A stretch of DNA of 64,000 nt, from assembly GCA_905331295.1 (NCBI GenBank), contig CAJNYD010000033.1, positions 62,001 through 126,000 of the forward strand. Reading direction: 5' to 3'. Numbering within the stretch: the stretch's first letter is position 1; each line of letters starts with the position of its first letter. This DNA is from Rotaria socialis (taxonomy: Eukaryota). The notes below the pieces were generated by a model that had not been told where the DNA came from, did not search any database, and saw nothing but the letters and a program-made list of their open reading frames with translations. A program made the translations under genes and the position numbers. This document shows positions 14,970-27,575 of this stretch, piece after piece.

Positions 14970-17933
14970 ATGGTTTATTGTCGCATACGCGCACATTGTT
15001 TGGCTCAACAATGCGAATGGAAAAAAGAATATAACGATATTATTGATTTGAAAAAAGATACAATTGATCATTTTCAAACATACAACATCGACAATGAATC
15101 ATCTATTATTGTTTATTATGATGAAAAAGAAAAATGTGATCGAATATTTGATGATCTAGATGTTTTACCAACAGATAATACTACCGTGTTTGATATTTAT
15201 GTTAAACGAGTTAGTTGTTTGTTGTTTACGAGTACCTATAGAATAAATCTTATATAATTCCTATAGATATGGGCCTGTTGTGCTGTCTGTTTTGGCCCAT
15301 TTGACATTATACCTGACCGTCTTCCACTTGAATGTATTGAGAAACTTTGTCATGTTCAATATTGTGTTAACTGCGTAAATATTATATGTGAACCTAGTAC
15401 GAGTCGTAAATTTACTTGTATATTTTGTAAGAAAACCAATGATCGACCTCAACGTAATATTTTACTTGAAAATATATTTCTTTGGAAACCATATACAAAT
15501 AGATATGGTGCACATAGTACAGAACGTATAGAAACAATATTTAATGGGCCTAACATATCGGATGCTATTCATCGAATTGAAAATCGTCGAACGCATATTA
15601 AAATGTTACAAGCTACATTACAAAAACGTCTATCGACGATTGTAGATCAAGATTCTTATTCAGATGAAACCAAAAGCTATCTCCGAACAGCTGATCATTT
15701 AATTGATAAATTAGAATCATTTATAACACAATTGAGAGCATGCGAGCGAAATATCAGATCACAAGCGATCACTTTTCGAGCTCTCATAAATAATTATCGT
15801 ACATTACTTCGAGATAGTATCTGTGAAAAGCCTTCAAAACAAGAAGCAGCTTCGTTTATTGTTTTATGTGCAAAATTATGTGTTGCTGATTATGATACTA
15901 TAGAACGTATGATATCGATAGATGAACAATCGATTATTACTGACCCGAATTACATTTCTATGTATGCGGCTAATAAATTGAAAGATATGATTTTTAAAGA
16001 AAGTATTACATGTGTAAATGATATACTTGAAGATATTGGTTATAGACGCAGAATTATTGAAGAAAAACAACAGCAAATAGCTGAATTTTATTTGAATACT
16101 AGTTGTCATCCATTTCGTTTTTTCTATACTGTGCAACATGACAATGCAACAAAAATGCTTAGTTCATTTGATGAATTTGAAAAAAAATGTATTTGTTTTC
16201 GTGATATTTACTATCGAATCGATAGTATTATGCAAGAATATAGAGATGAATTAATGAAAAAAACATTAAATGATACATCCAATGAATATAGTTCATTACC
16301 TACATCAGAACAAATGGCTACATTTCAATGTTCACGATTGATACTTATATCTGAGTTATTACGTTCTGAAACAGACCGTATTGAAATGAACGCGCTTTTC
16401 CCTCGAATAACTGAAACAGTAAAACAATGGAAACAAACAAAAGATCATGATCCTAAAATTTATGATCTATTTTATGCATTAGAACAAGATCTTTTGCTGT
16501 TAAATGATCCAAATTGTTCTTTACTCAATATTATTCCATTTCGAGTAGGTTTTATTGGAAATATCAGTGTTGGTAAAAGTTCTCTAGTTAACTATTTACG
16601 TACTGAAAATTCCATATCTACACTTACTAATCGAACATTATCTCCAATAGCAGTTGGCCAGTCAACTGTTGGATCATTGCAATTTGATGAGCAACATCAA
16701 TATTCGAATACACAACCTATTGTCACTATTCGCTATGTTGATATTGAAGGTTATACTGCTTGTAATACACTAGTACAAGCTGCATCTTATTTTGAACAAA
16801 TTCAAAAGGCTGATTGTGATTTATATATTATTTTATTTACTGGTCAACAAGTAAGTTTTGAACGAGAATTAGAAAATGAAATTCGAGAACGATTGAATCG
16901 ACCATGCTGGTATGTACGATCGAAAGTAGATAAGGAATTCGAAGAACACTTTAATGAACAAGTAACACGGCGAAAAAAGCATTATCATGATATAGAATTT
17001 GATGAGCATGAAGAAAAAGAACTAACTGAACAGATCATTGAAATGATTCGAGAGAAAACTATTGGAATATGTCAGACTTCACCAGATAATGTCTTCCTTG
17101 TTAATTCTCTTTATTCAAATAGTAAAACACATCCATTTGATATACATCTTCTTAGTGAACGATTGATTTATACTGCTCAACAACCGTATGTAAAAGAACG
17201 TATCAAACGGATGGCTATTATGGTATGTACTCGTATTATTGGCATTTATTTTCGTCGACGTTGTATTATATCATTTATTAATCATCAACGTCGAGCAGGT
17301 ATCGGTGCAATGGTAATACCTTGGGGAGATCAACTAGCACTTGTACATACGCGTTTTGGTATTCGCCTGGCACTTGGAGTACAAGATCGATCATATTTGC
17401 ATAATCGTATTTTGAACAAAGTTGATGCATTTACATCCCTACTAGTCAAGTATCAGTTAAACATTAACCCAAATGATCTTCAATCTGATGAATTTAATTA
17501 TTTAAAAATAGACAATTCATCCATCTTGGTCAATACGCATGATCCTCAAAATGAATACTCGAAAACAATTTCGCTTGGAAGTGAATCAAAAACAGATTCA
17601 TCAATAGTAAAAAAAGTATCATCAGCAATGCCAGCAGGCGTAGTTGCAAGTGGTCTAGCAGTAAAAAAGATAGCAGCAGCTACTTTATCTGTCGGTTCAT
17701 TTGGTTATGGCATAAGTGTAGGTTTTTTCGGTTTAGGTTTTATTGCATCGATTCCTATTGGCTTATGGACAATGAAAACATCAGGCCAAGAAATACGTAA
17801 TTATCTAGATAAACTATGTGCTGATCTACTGATCATTTCAGAACATTTTGTTGTTGCCATTATTAATCAACAGGAAGCAGCAGTAGAGAACGACTCTTTA
17901 GAGCATAACAAATTTATTCTTAAAAATATTTGA
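14970..17933 (+). CDS. RING-finger + helical region + IRG/IIGP-like P-loop GTPase (2 exons)
   Basis: Exon 1 is 14970-15209 and the intron is 15210-15266. Exon 2 is in frame with ORF 15603 and begins IWACCAVCFGPF...ECIEKLCHVQYCVNC...FTCIFC (RING-like). G1 GNISVGKS, G3 DIEG, G4 YVRSKVD; hydrophobic Gly/Ala-rich C-terminus. Confidence 0.8.
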
Positions 17934-18008
17934 ATCTTTCATATTCCTTTTTTTTGGTATGAATAAATATTCGGGAAGGATGTGGATGAGAGTGTAGGTG
18001 CACACAGT

Positions 18009-18706
18009 GAGAGGTGTCCCATATCGGATGTATCTGGCATGCCAGAGATGTAAAGGGAGACACCCCCATAAAGAAATATAACTCACATATAACACAAAAC
18101 AAATGACAATAGCAAAATCATTCAAGCGCATTCTGCGTCTCCCGCGCTTCTCCATAGAGAGAGGGTGTGGGTGTCTCGGTTTGTATCCGCCCTCTCCACA
18201 CCCACTTGAAGATATATGTGTCGTGGTTGTTTCTTCGTGCGTCTCTGAATTCGTGTGTATGGTATTCTATGAGCACCCTTGCTTCCGTGCGTGTGTGCCG
18301 TTGGGTATAGCTGATATTCGGTATGAGAGTGTTTATTCACCGGCCTCTGGAATTTGATATGCATATGTAAGTGGACGTGCTGATGGTGTCCCTTTGCTTC
18401 GCCTTCTAGCGTCCTGCGTGCCTGGTTGTGCCTTCTTGTTGATTGAAACAAGGTCGGTGTATATATAGTTTTGTCACTGAATGGTGATTCCGAGTGAGGA
18501 TGGGTCGTGAGCGGAAGCTAAGAAAATCCAAATTCCACTGACGATCATGGAACATGGAGATTCATGAGATGCGGCATCTCTCTGTGGAGAAGTGAGGAGA
18601 TGCGGTATATACTAAAATTTTAAAGGTCTGTAACTATTATTGCGGTCTATCCGGCGTCTCCCTTAGCATCTCGAGCATGCCAGATATGTTGGATATGTGA
18701 CACTGC
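18009..18706. mobile_element. Non-autonomous DNA transposon-like element with ~50-bp imperfect TIRs
   Basis: gtgtcccatatcggatgtatctggcatgccagagatgtaaagggagac (~18014-18061) pairs with the reverse complement of ~18655-18703. A 10-bp direct repeat tgcacacagt lies at 17999-18008 and 18707-18716. The interior is GC-richer than the flanks. Confidence 0.6.
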
Positions 18707-19387
18707 TGCACACAGTTTTTGTTTGAAATCCATACGCTTCATCTTATATAAAGTTCAGAGAAACATGGATTATTTGCCGAATGTTTGATTGAGTTTTTTT
18801 TCTATTTTAACATCATCGGGACATTTTTATCAAACCTGTATAAACGCGATTTCAATATGAAATGCGTTCAGACACTGCCAATATGTTTTGGCATGCATTT
18901 AAATGATCAGTAAAATGGATGGTATGATCATAGTGCCTGAAAATCAAGGAAGAAACTATTAATTTTTTATGACTTTAAATCGAGCAATTTAATTATCGCA
19001 AAAAGTCAAATTTTCTGTCTTAATTCGACGTATTTTATTATAGCTTACATCTGTAGACAGATTGCGGTAGTTTAAACGAAGACCCCAGAGAATTAGATCT
19101 ACCACAATCATTTTAAGAAAACGTTGTTTCTCAGTTTTTTTAATATTATTTCTCAAAGAATTGATAACGTTTTTTAATCTCATTTCAATGTTTTTCACAT
19201 TTGAACAGTTTCCATCAATTCCTTTTCTTTTCCTTTTGTTTACATATTGTTTTTCGATTCTATGCTTTGCGTATATACGTATGCGAGAAAATGATACATT
19301 GGCACGTGTATATGTACATGCCCATTCTTGTTCGTTAATATAATGAATTACTATTCTTTAGATGATATGTGTTGATTGTGAAACCAA

Positions 19388-21636
19388 TGAAGCAACAACG
19401 AAATAGTACTAATTATGATGATAATGACAAAAAAAGAAAAAAAATTAGATGATGATAAAAGTAATATTGAATCTTTGCATTTTTAAAAAAAATTTTATTT
19501 CATCATTTTAGTGATCGTATGCAATGTGAATAAGTTAGTGATGAAAAAATAGTTTGCCTTTCTTATTTAATTCCTATCTGTCTATTGTTTTTTCTTATTA
19601 AGATCATCATCTTTGACTCGTTTTGACAATTTTTCTAATGAAATTATTTATGAAATATTCGATTTCCTCGATATTTATCATGTTTATCAAGCTTTTTTCA
19701 TGTTAATAAACGATTTGGAAAACTTCTTACTGATTCAACTATTCCTATTAAAATAAATATGTTATTTATGTCAAATTTGAATTTTCAACGCTATTATTCA
19801 AATATTATTATACCAAATAAACATCGAATTATTTCACTTGCTCTATCAAATTTATTCATTATTGATAATATTTTATCATCAGCACATTCTGTTTCATCGT
19901 TTAGTCGACTTGAAATACTTATTCTTGATAATATTGAAGCTAAACATCTGGAAAATATTCTTAATTATGTATTGTCGTTATCTAAACTCTGTTCGTTAAC
20001 TATCCATGCTGTTGATTCAGTTGAAAATTCCAATTATTTTTATCGTAAAATATTTAAATTACCTGTACTGAAATATTGTAAAGTATCATTTGCAACAAAC
20101 TACAACATTGAATCATTACCGATGTCAAATAATGAATACAGTCCTATCGAAGATCTTATAATCGAAAATACAGTTAATTTTGATGCACTTGATCGTTTAG
20201 TATCATATGTTCCTGAACTTCGTCATTTAGAATTTCGTTATTTCCCAGATGAAAGAAAACTGTCTGAAACGGCATAAAAACGATGTGAAACGTTAGAAAA
20301 CAGCGCCGTTTTCCGTCAGCTCGGAAAACGAAGAGAATAGTGTTAAAAGCGATGGCCGTTTTCTAGCAATAAAAACGGCCCGTAAAACGAGCTGACGGAT
20401 TACGGCGAAATAGGGTGAAAATTAATGCCGTTTTATAGCCGTTTCATGCCGTTTCCAATGGCCTTTCAGGCGGCGGGATGATCCTCCTGGGTTAGATGGA
20501 TGTTATTGCAAACGAATACAAGTATGCCCAATTCGATTAGATTACTTATCAGATATTTCTCTCAGCCTCGTTTATATTTATTTTAATCAATTTGAACAAA
20601 TAATAAAAGATATTTTTTATTGAGTACAATTCTTACGTATATCAACTGAAGATGATATTGAATATTTAGATGGTAATCGTTGGGAACAATTAATATTGTC
20701 TTATATGGCCCATCTACGTGTTTTTCATATGAATCATTCAAATTCTATATTATGTAATGATAGAATTCCATTATCATTTGATATTTTAGTAAAACAATTT
20801 ACTAGTTCATTTTGGATTGAACGACAATGTTCATTCACACACCAAAACGATTGGATAGGTAGTATTACTATCGAAATTTGCTTTCAATGGATCCACATAA
20901 GTATGATCTAATTTTATGAAATGTAGATCTATGTTACGTTTATATTTTAGAAAAAACAAAAAAAAGAAAACGTTCAAATTAAAAGATGCAATTACTTGTT
21001 CATCTCATCAAGAAATTAACTTCAATTCTGTTAATCATATTCATATATGCTATACACAAGCACTGAACAATTGTGTAAATTATTTTCCAAATGTTACTGA
21101 TCTTACTATGGATGATAAATTTGATACATCGATTACAACTAGTCTTAATCGAATTATTTCTTTATCGAGAATTACTAAACTAAGTAATCATTGAATTTCG
21201 TTGTTTTTCATTTATACAATTGATCGACTTATTATATTTAATGCCTAATATCCATGCATTAAAGCTTGGTTTCATATCAATTGATGATAGAGAAGATACG
21301 TTAACTGAACAAAGTCAATCTTTTCAATATGTGTATAATAGAAATATGATAAAAAGTATAATCGTAAACGAGAAATATTCATTACAAAAAATTAAAATAC
21401 TTGTAGCGTTATGTCCTCATGTAGAATATCTAAATATTGGAATTGAAAGAAAAGCATTAGCGCTGATAATGCGATTTCTATTATCTCAAACAAATGCGGG
21501 TGAATTATTCTTTTTATGTACTTCAGGAGTACCAAAATCATGTCGTGATGAAGTGCAAAAATTAATCCAATTAGAAAAACTTGTTCGTGATTATTTAATC
21601 GAGTTTATTAATGGTAATTTATATTTATGGTGGTAA
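19388..21636 (+). pseudogene. F-box/LRR-like gene, disrupted
   Basis: F-box-like FDNFSNEIIYEIFDFLDIYHVYQAF, LRR-like segments, YLDGNRWEQLI and C-terminal NGNLYLWW. Lesions: frameshift in the T-run at ~19693-19698, insertion 20244-20491, in-frame TGA at ~20621, further frameshifts downstream. Confidence 0.8.
20244..20491. mobile_element. 248-bp MITE-like insertion in the F-box pseudogene
   Basis: cccag...ctggg termini with internal aaacgg/ccgttt motifs. The host reading frame LRHLEFRY resumes as LDGCYCKRIQ immediately after 20491. Confidence 0.75.
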
Positions 21637-21774
21637 TGATTGGGACAAACGTTTTTTTCTTGTGTATTTTTTTGTTCAATAAATAAAAAGAATGCTCTTT
21701 TTGAGATAAATCTTTCAATCAAATCTTGATGTTTTTTAACAATTATAGATCATTTCGTTTCATTCATCGAAATT

Positions 21775-22466
21775 AAACGTTAGGGAAGTTAGCTCAAGAT
21801 TCGAGTTTTTCCAGCCCCGATTCACGTATCTGATTGTGTTGGTCTTTATTTTCGCTGTGTTGGATGCAGAATTTTGCTCTGAATCGAATGGTGTAATTTT
21901 TGGAGGGGGTACCAATTAAAACCTGGGACTTTAGCCGAAAATACTACTTTTTTAAAAAAATATTGTGAAAGTAATTTTAGCCCGGATTCGCTGCTTCAGC
22001 TGTGTTGGATCTGAAAATGGTTCTGTTGAATTCGGAATGCAATTCTACAACGGATGATGCTAAATTTTTATGGGGGCATCGACCAAAATTCTTTGACTTG
22101 GGTGGTGGTAGGATAGAGGCACGGAGCGATGACTTGGGTGAGACCAGAAATGTTTTGGTCGATGACCCCATAAAAATTTAGCATCATTCGATGTAGAATT
22201 GCATTCCGAATTCAACAGAACCATTTTCAGATCCAACACAGCTGAAGCAGCGAATCCGGGCTAAAATTACTTTCACAATATTTTTTTAAAAAAGTAGTAT
22301 TTTCGGCTAAAGTCCCAGGTTTTAATTGGTACCCCCTCCAAAAATTACACCATTCGATTCAGAGCAAAATTCTGCATCCAACACAGCGAAAATAAAGACC
22401 AACACAATCAGATACGCGAATCGGGTCTGGAAAAACTCGAATCTTGAGCTAACTTCCCTAACGTTT
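21775..22466. mobile_element. Foldback element / long near-perfect inverted repeat
   Basis: ~315-bp arms (21775-~22090 and ~22154-22466) are reverse complements with only a few mismatches, around a ~60-bp spacer. Ends are aaacgttagggaagttagctc ... gagctaacttccctaacgttt. Confidence 0.9.
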
Positions 22467-23140
22467 CATATTTTATCTAAAAATACTATTTTGAGATAGA
22501 TTTTCAAGTATTAAAACGAATTTTAATTTGGGAAAACATCCTTTAAGTACTTTAATACATACTTTTTTGTAATATATGTTGTTTTTTTTAGGTGATTTTA
22601 TATTATAAAATGGCCATTAAAGTTTTTAAGCCAAATTACATCGAAAAATATTGAGCAATGCCTCATTTGAAAGAGCTTAGAAAATTGCATCAATGATTAT
22701 ATATGACTTTTCTGAGTTGTGAAGGTTTTCTGGGAAAATGTTTGATTTTCCGAAATTTTTTAAAATTTTTTCCGAGAAATTTGTTACTATTTCCCACTTT
22801 TAATGATCGCTTTTAAAGTAAAAGAACATTTGACTATAGTCTACTGTAGAGCATTCAATTCTACACAAGATAAACTGACTCTCAACGCTTTTAATTGAGA
22901 TCATCAGATCAAAATTTTGGAAATAAAGTTAGTGGGCTACCATATTAGAGTTCAAATACGTAATAAATCTAAAGATAATAAATAATCATAATCTTCCTTA
23001 GAAAATGAAATAAAATCTTATCGGCAAAAGTATTTTTGATTTTCTTTTCTATATTCATTCGCAATATGACATCAAATATTTTATTTAAAAAATCATTTTA
23101 ATGCAAATTAGACACCGGGATTTGAAAAAGACAATTCTTT

Positions 23141-24255
23141 TCATATCTTTGGTGCGTTCAAAGATTTGCCATCAGTAATAAATGCTTGTATATTTTCAAA
23201 AGTCACCTTAGCTATGAAAGACAATGCTTCGTGTGTAAGAAAGGCTTGATGGCCAGTAAGTATCACATTTGGATAGGACATCAATTGAACAAGTATATCA
23301 TCATCAATAATATTCGATGAGTAATCATTGAAAAAATATTTTTGTTCATGTTCATATACATCAAGACCTACACCACCTATGTGGCCTGATTTAAGAGCAT
23401 TAATAAGTGCTTTTGTATCAATAAGACCACCACGAGCTGTATTGATTAAAATAACATTTTTTTTCATTTTTTCTATCGATTGTGTATTTATTAAATGTTT
23501 AGTTTTTTTATCAAGTGGTAAATGAATCGAAATAATATCAGCTTGTGTATAAATTTCATCTAATTCAACATATTCAAAACCTAATATATTTCGATCTTCA
23601 TCTTTTATTTTATACATATCATATGCAAGAACTCGACAACCAAAACCACGAAAAATTCGAATTGTAAATTGGCCGATACGACCTGTACCTATATAGGAAA
23701 TAGAATATCCATTTTAATGTCATTAAATAGTCTACCAAGTACTCCAACAGTTTTTCCATACATATCGAAACCAACAAGACCGTCAAGTCGAAAATCTCCA
23801 TTTCGAACTCGATTATATGCATGATGTACATGACGATTCAACGTCATAACAAGTGCAACCGCATGTTCAGCAACAGCATTTGGTGAATAACTCGGTACAT
23901 AACCTATTTCAATATGAAATTCTTCAGCAGCTTTCAGATCAACATTATTAAAACCAGCACAACGTAACAGAATAAGTTTAATGCCAATCTGTTTTAATTT
24001 TTCGAGAATTTCACGTGATCCATCATCATTGACAAAAATACATATACATGTATAACCATTAGCCTGTTTAACAGAACCGTTTGAAAGACGCTGATGAGTA
24101 TAATTAATCTCATAGTTTTCAGGTTGTTTTAAGTATTTTAGCTTAGTATCAAACGATAATCGATCATACTCTTTAGTACTATACATTAATACACGAAAAA
24201 TTGATTTTTCATCGATATTATTTGATAAAACAGTATCATTATGTCGACGTTTCAT
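23141..24255 (-). CDS. ldhA: NAD-dependent D-lactate dehydrogenase (LdhA-type D-2-hydroxyacid dehydrogenase), 2 exons
   Basis: CIFVND, LRCAGFNNVDL, VPSYSPNAVAEH, GKTVGVLG|TGRIG, LINTARGGLIDT, GLDVYEHE, NVILTGHQAFLT. A 47-nt GT-AG intron occupies 23689-23735. Confidence 0.92.
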
Positions 24256-24526
24256 TGCTTTCAAGACAGAAAACAACAAATAAAATGAGGCAAACAATTG
24301 AATCCTAGCAACTGATTTCAATTAATAGAATTTTCTGTTCATGTGTCTTGCTATTCTCTTTATTTATTAAATATTTGTTTTTTAGTTATTCAATCAAATA
24401 CAACTCTTAGGCTTTTTGTGCATGAGTAATAACGAGAATCACACATGCTGTTCTTATTATTATTTTTTATGAGATAATGCTCATTCGAAAACAAAAAAAC
24501 GAGCTAAAATTATTTTTTTTTCTTTT

Positions 24527-25657
24527 CTATTGATAACTTTTGTCAACTACACCAACAGTGTATTTCTTAGTTGTAGTGGCAAGATGATCACTATATTCTT
24601 GAAACGGTGCTTTAGTGAAAACAGTTTCTTTCCATAGATCAGGCGTTAAATATGAATATGTCATGGACATGGCAGCATACGTTGCTTTAGCTGTAAAATA
24701 AAAATAAGAAATCAACATAATTAGAAGTAAGAAAAAACAAATATAAAACAAACCGAAATTGCCAAGTGTAGCGGTACATCCTTTGGCAGCGGTCCAACAA
24801 TCTTGAATACCAGCCATTTGTAAAAGTTTCTTTGGTACTGGGGCACATACAAGACTTGTACCACGAGGAGCTGGAATTAAACGTACGAGAACACTACCAC
24901 ATGAGCCTGTGACCTAAAGAGAAATTTTGTATAGGAATTAATTTACTATCGAGATATTCATACTTTGCATGGTACTGTATGCGGTGCACCGATTTTGTTA
25001 CCCCAATAACCTCGTCGTACGGGAATAACGGAAAGTTTGGCAAGTATAATAGCACCACGAATGGCTGTTGCTACTTCTTTCGAGCATTTAACACCGAGAC
25101 CAATATGACCTTTACCATCACCAACGACAACGATGGCTTTGAAACGAGTACGTTGACCAGCTCGTGTTTGTTTCTGTACGGGCATAATTTTAAGTACTTC
25201 ATCTTTAAGGTCAGGTAAGAGACGATCGATAATATCGGCTTCCTAGAAATGATTTTTTTAACGATAAAAATTGATAAAGAAAAAATTCAACAAACTTTGA
25301 TTGGTAATGAAAATAGATAAATTTCTTCGATTGTACGAATTTTGCCATCATTAACTAATCGACCCAGTTTTGTAACAGGGACCCATGCTTTAGTTGAATC
25401 TTCTTTTGGACGTTGGCCACGACGACCACGACCTCGACCACGGCCTAAATCAATAATATCCTAGAGAACTTGTTCTGGAAAATGTTTTTTATTTTATTTA
25501 CTGTCACCGCGACCTCGTCCACGGCCTTCGCCACCTTCACCACGTGAAGCACCACCACGTCCTATAAAGATTAAAAGCAAAGTCTTTTTCAATGAATTAT
25601 CATATAAATACCTCCCCGTGTGCCAAATCCACCGCGAGTTCCACCACGTTCTGCCAT
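24527..25657 (-). CDS. RPS2: 40S ribosomal protein S2 (uS5), multi-exon
   Basis: RG-rich N-terminus [85 protein letters not shown]. Confidence 0.98.
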
Positions 25658-25739
25658 ATGTGATGTTTTACTAGGTATTTATCTGAAAAAAAAACGAAAC
25701 CCAAATTAATTATCGAAAACAAAACAAACTATTTTAGTA

Positions 25740-27155
25740 TTAAGAAAAAAATAATCGTTTTGTATTTAAATAAATTTTTTCACATAATTCCTCAAGTGAC
25801 TCTTGATTACCACGAATCGAATGAAGTACTTCGCATATTTGACTAAAAACATTACATATATATATATATATATATATACAAGTAAATTTATAAATATAAG
25901 TACTTACATAATCGTGCATGGCTCATTTCGATCTTTTACCATTTTACCTGAGATCCATTTTTCTTTTTTAACTGTTTCCGTTGTAAAGTGTGTTTTAGTA
26001 TGCGAATAACATGCATGCGATGCTTTAATACCGCACCAGGGAGCGTCTAGAAAAATGATTTCGATTATATTATATAATCAAAACGCAATCCTCTATATTA
26101 CAAACCTGTTTCAACAAGAAGTTTATCCAATGGTAATTGTTTTATAACATCTAGATTAGCTTGAGTTTTCATTGAACATCCATTTAATCCAATAAAATAA
26201 CCCAGTTGAATAAATTGCAATGCTTCATCAAGAGTACCATCAAACGAATGAATCTAATCGATAAAAATAAATATTTTCTTGGTTAAGATTAAGGTGATTG
26301 AACATACCACTCCACCCAGTTTTATTTGATCTCTATATTTAGATAAAATATCATAGAGATCTTGTGATGCAGCTCGATTATGAAGAAATAATGGTTTCTC
26401 TAATGATATTAAATTCTTCAACTGAAATTCAAAATAACTAATAAACATTTTAATAGAATATCTCGATAATTTCGAAACGATTTACTGTTTCTGCTGTTCA
26501 ATACCACAAAATTGAGTTCGTTCATAATCCAATCCGAATTCACCAATCGCAACAATTTTATTCGAATTTATCTGACATAATTCAATTATTTGCTGAAGAA
26601 TTTCATTTTCATTCGATTCATTAAATTCACTACATCGTGTAGGATGATAACCACAAGTTGTATATAAATTTTCTATTGAATGAAAATTTTCTATTATAAT
26701 ACAGCCACCAACTAGACTATTACCATATTTAGAACATAATTCTAATGCTTGAATCGTTTCATGATGAGTGCCAGCAGTGATTATAATCTTAACAAACAAA
26801 AATGAGCAAATAAAAAAACCAAAAGGAAAAAAATATCAAGCTACTTTGTCAAGACCAGATTCAAATGCTCGTTTGATCACTTGATCAAGATCAGCTAAAT
26901 ATTTTACATTTAAATTATATTCATTAATCTTGGCTCAGTTCTTACGATCATGTTTTTTTGAACTACCATAAACACCTTGATACATTCCATCTGCAAATAG
27001 CGACTTTTCTTTTTTAAATCTAATAATTCAATCTACCAAAATTTTATTCATACCAGTCAAATTAGCACCAATATCTAAGAGAAAAATGACCGATAATAAT
27101 ATTGTGATCTATCTATAGGATGTTTCAAGTGTTTGGCAATTCTGTTGTTTACCAT
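25740..27155 (-). CDS. TATDN1: TatD-family deoxyribonuclease (TATDN1-like), multi-exon; start codon uncertain
   Basis: DIGANLT, GMYQGVYGSSKKHD, TTCGYHPTRC, VAIGEFGLDYER, PLFLHNR, HSFDGT, LLVETDAPWCGIK, RNEPC; last exon ends EKIYLNTKRLFFS* at 25740. Confidence 0.92.
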
Positions 27156-27575
27156 CAAACGGGCATTAACTTTATTAGTATATTTATCTTTATTCCATAC
27201 TATAAACTTATATCAGAACAAAAAAACGTTTTCCATGACCTATGCACATTTTGTCATTGAATTTTTATTATTCGTAGAGTTTACATCTATTTAACTTTCT
27301 AAGAGTTCTGTTTCTTCTATTTATCAGAAAATGAAGAAAAAAAAAGGAAAAAAACCGAGAATTTCTTTCCTTTCTTTTTCTTCTCTATCTAAAAGCAAAG
27401 AAATTGTGTACGTGACGAGTAGGTAACTTAGCAACTGAACAAACACGTATACGACTCTTTCTAAAGCACACATTTACGATTCAAGCATTGTGCCGTTGGT
27501 TGTTTCAACATATAAACCTAAACGCACGATAATCGCTTTCGTTGATACTTTTATTTTCATAAAAATAGCAACAAA

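Noticed and set aside
22480..22950. Possible further transposon remnant after the foldback element
   Set aside because: No terminal repeats or TSD could be defined.
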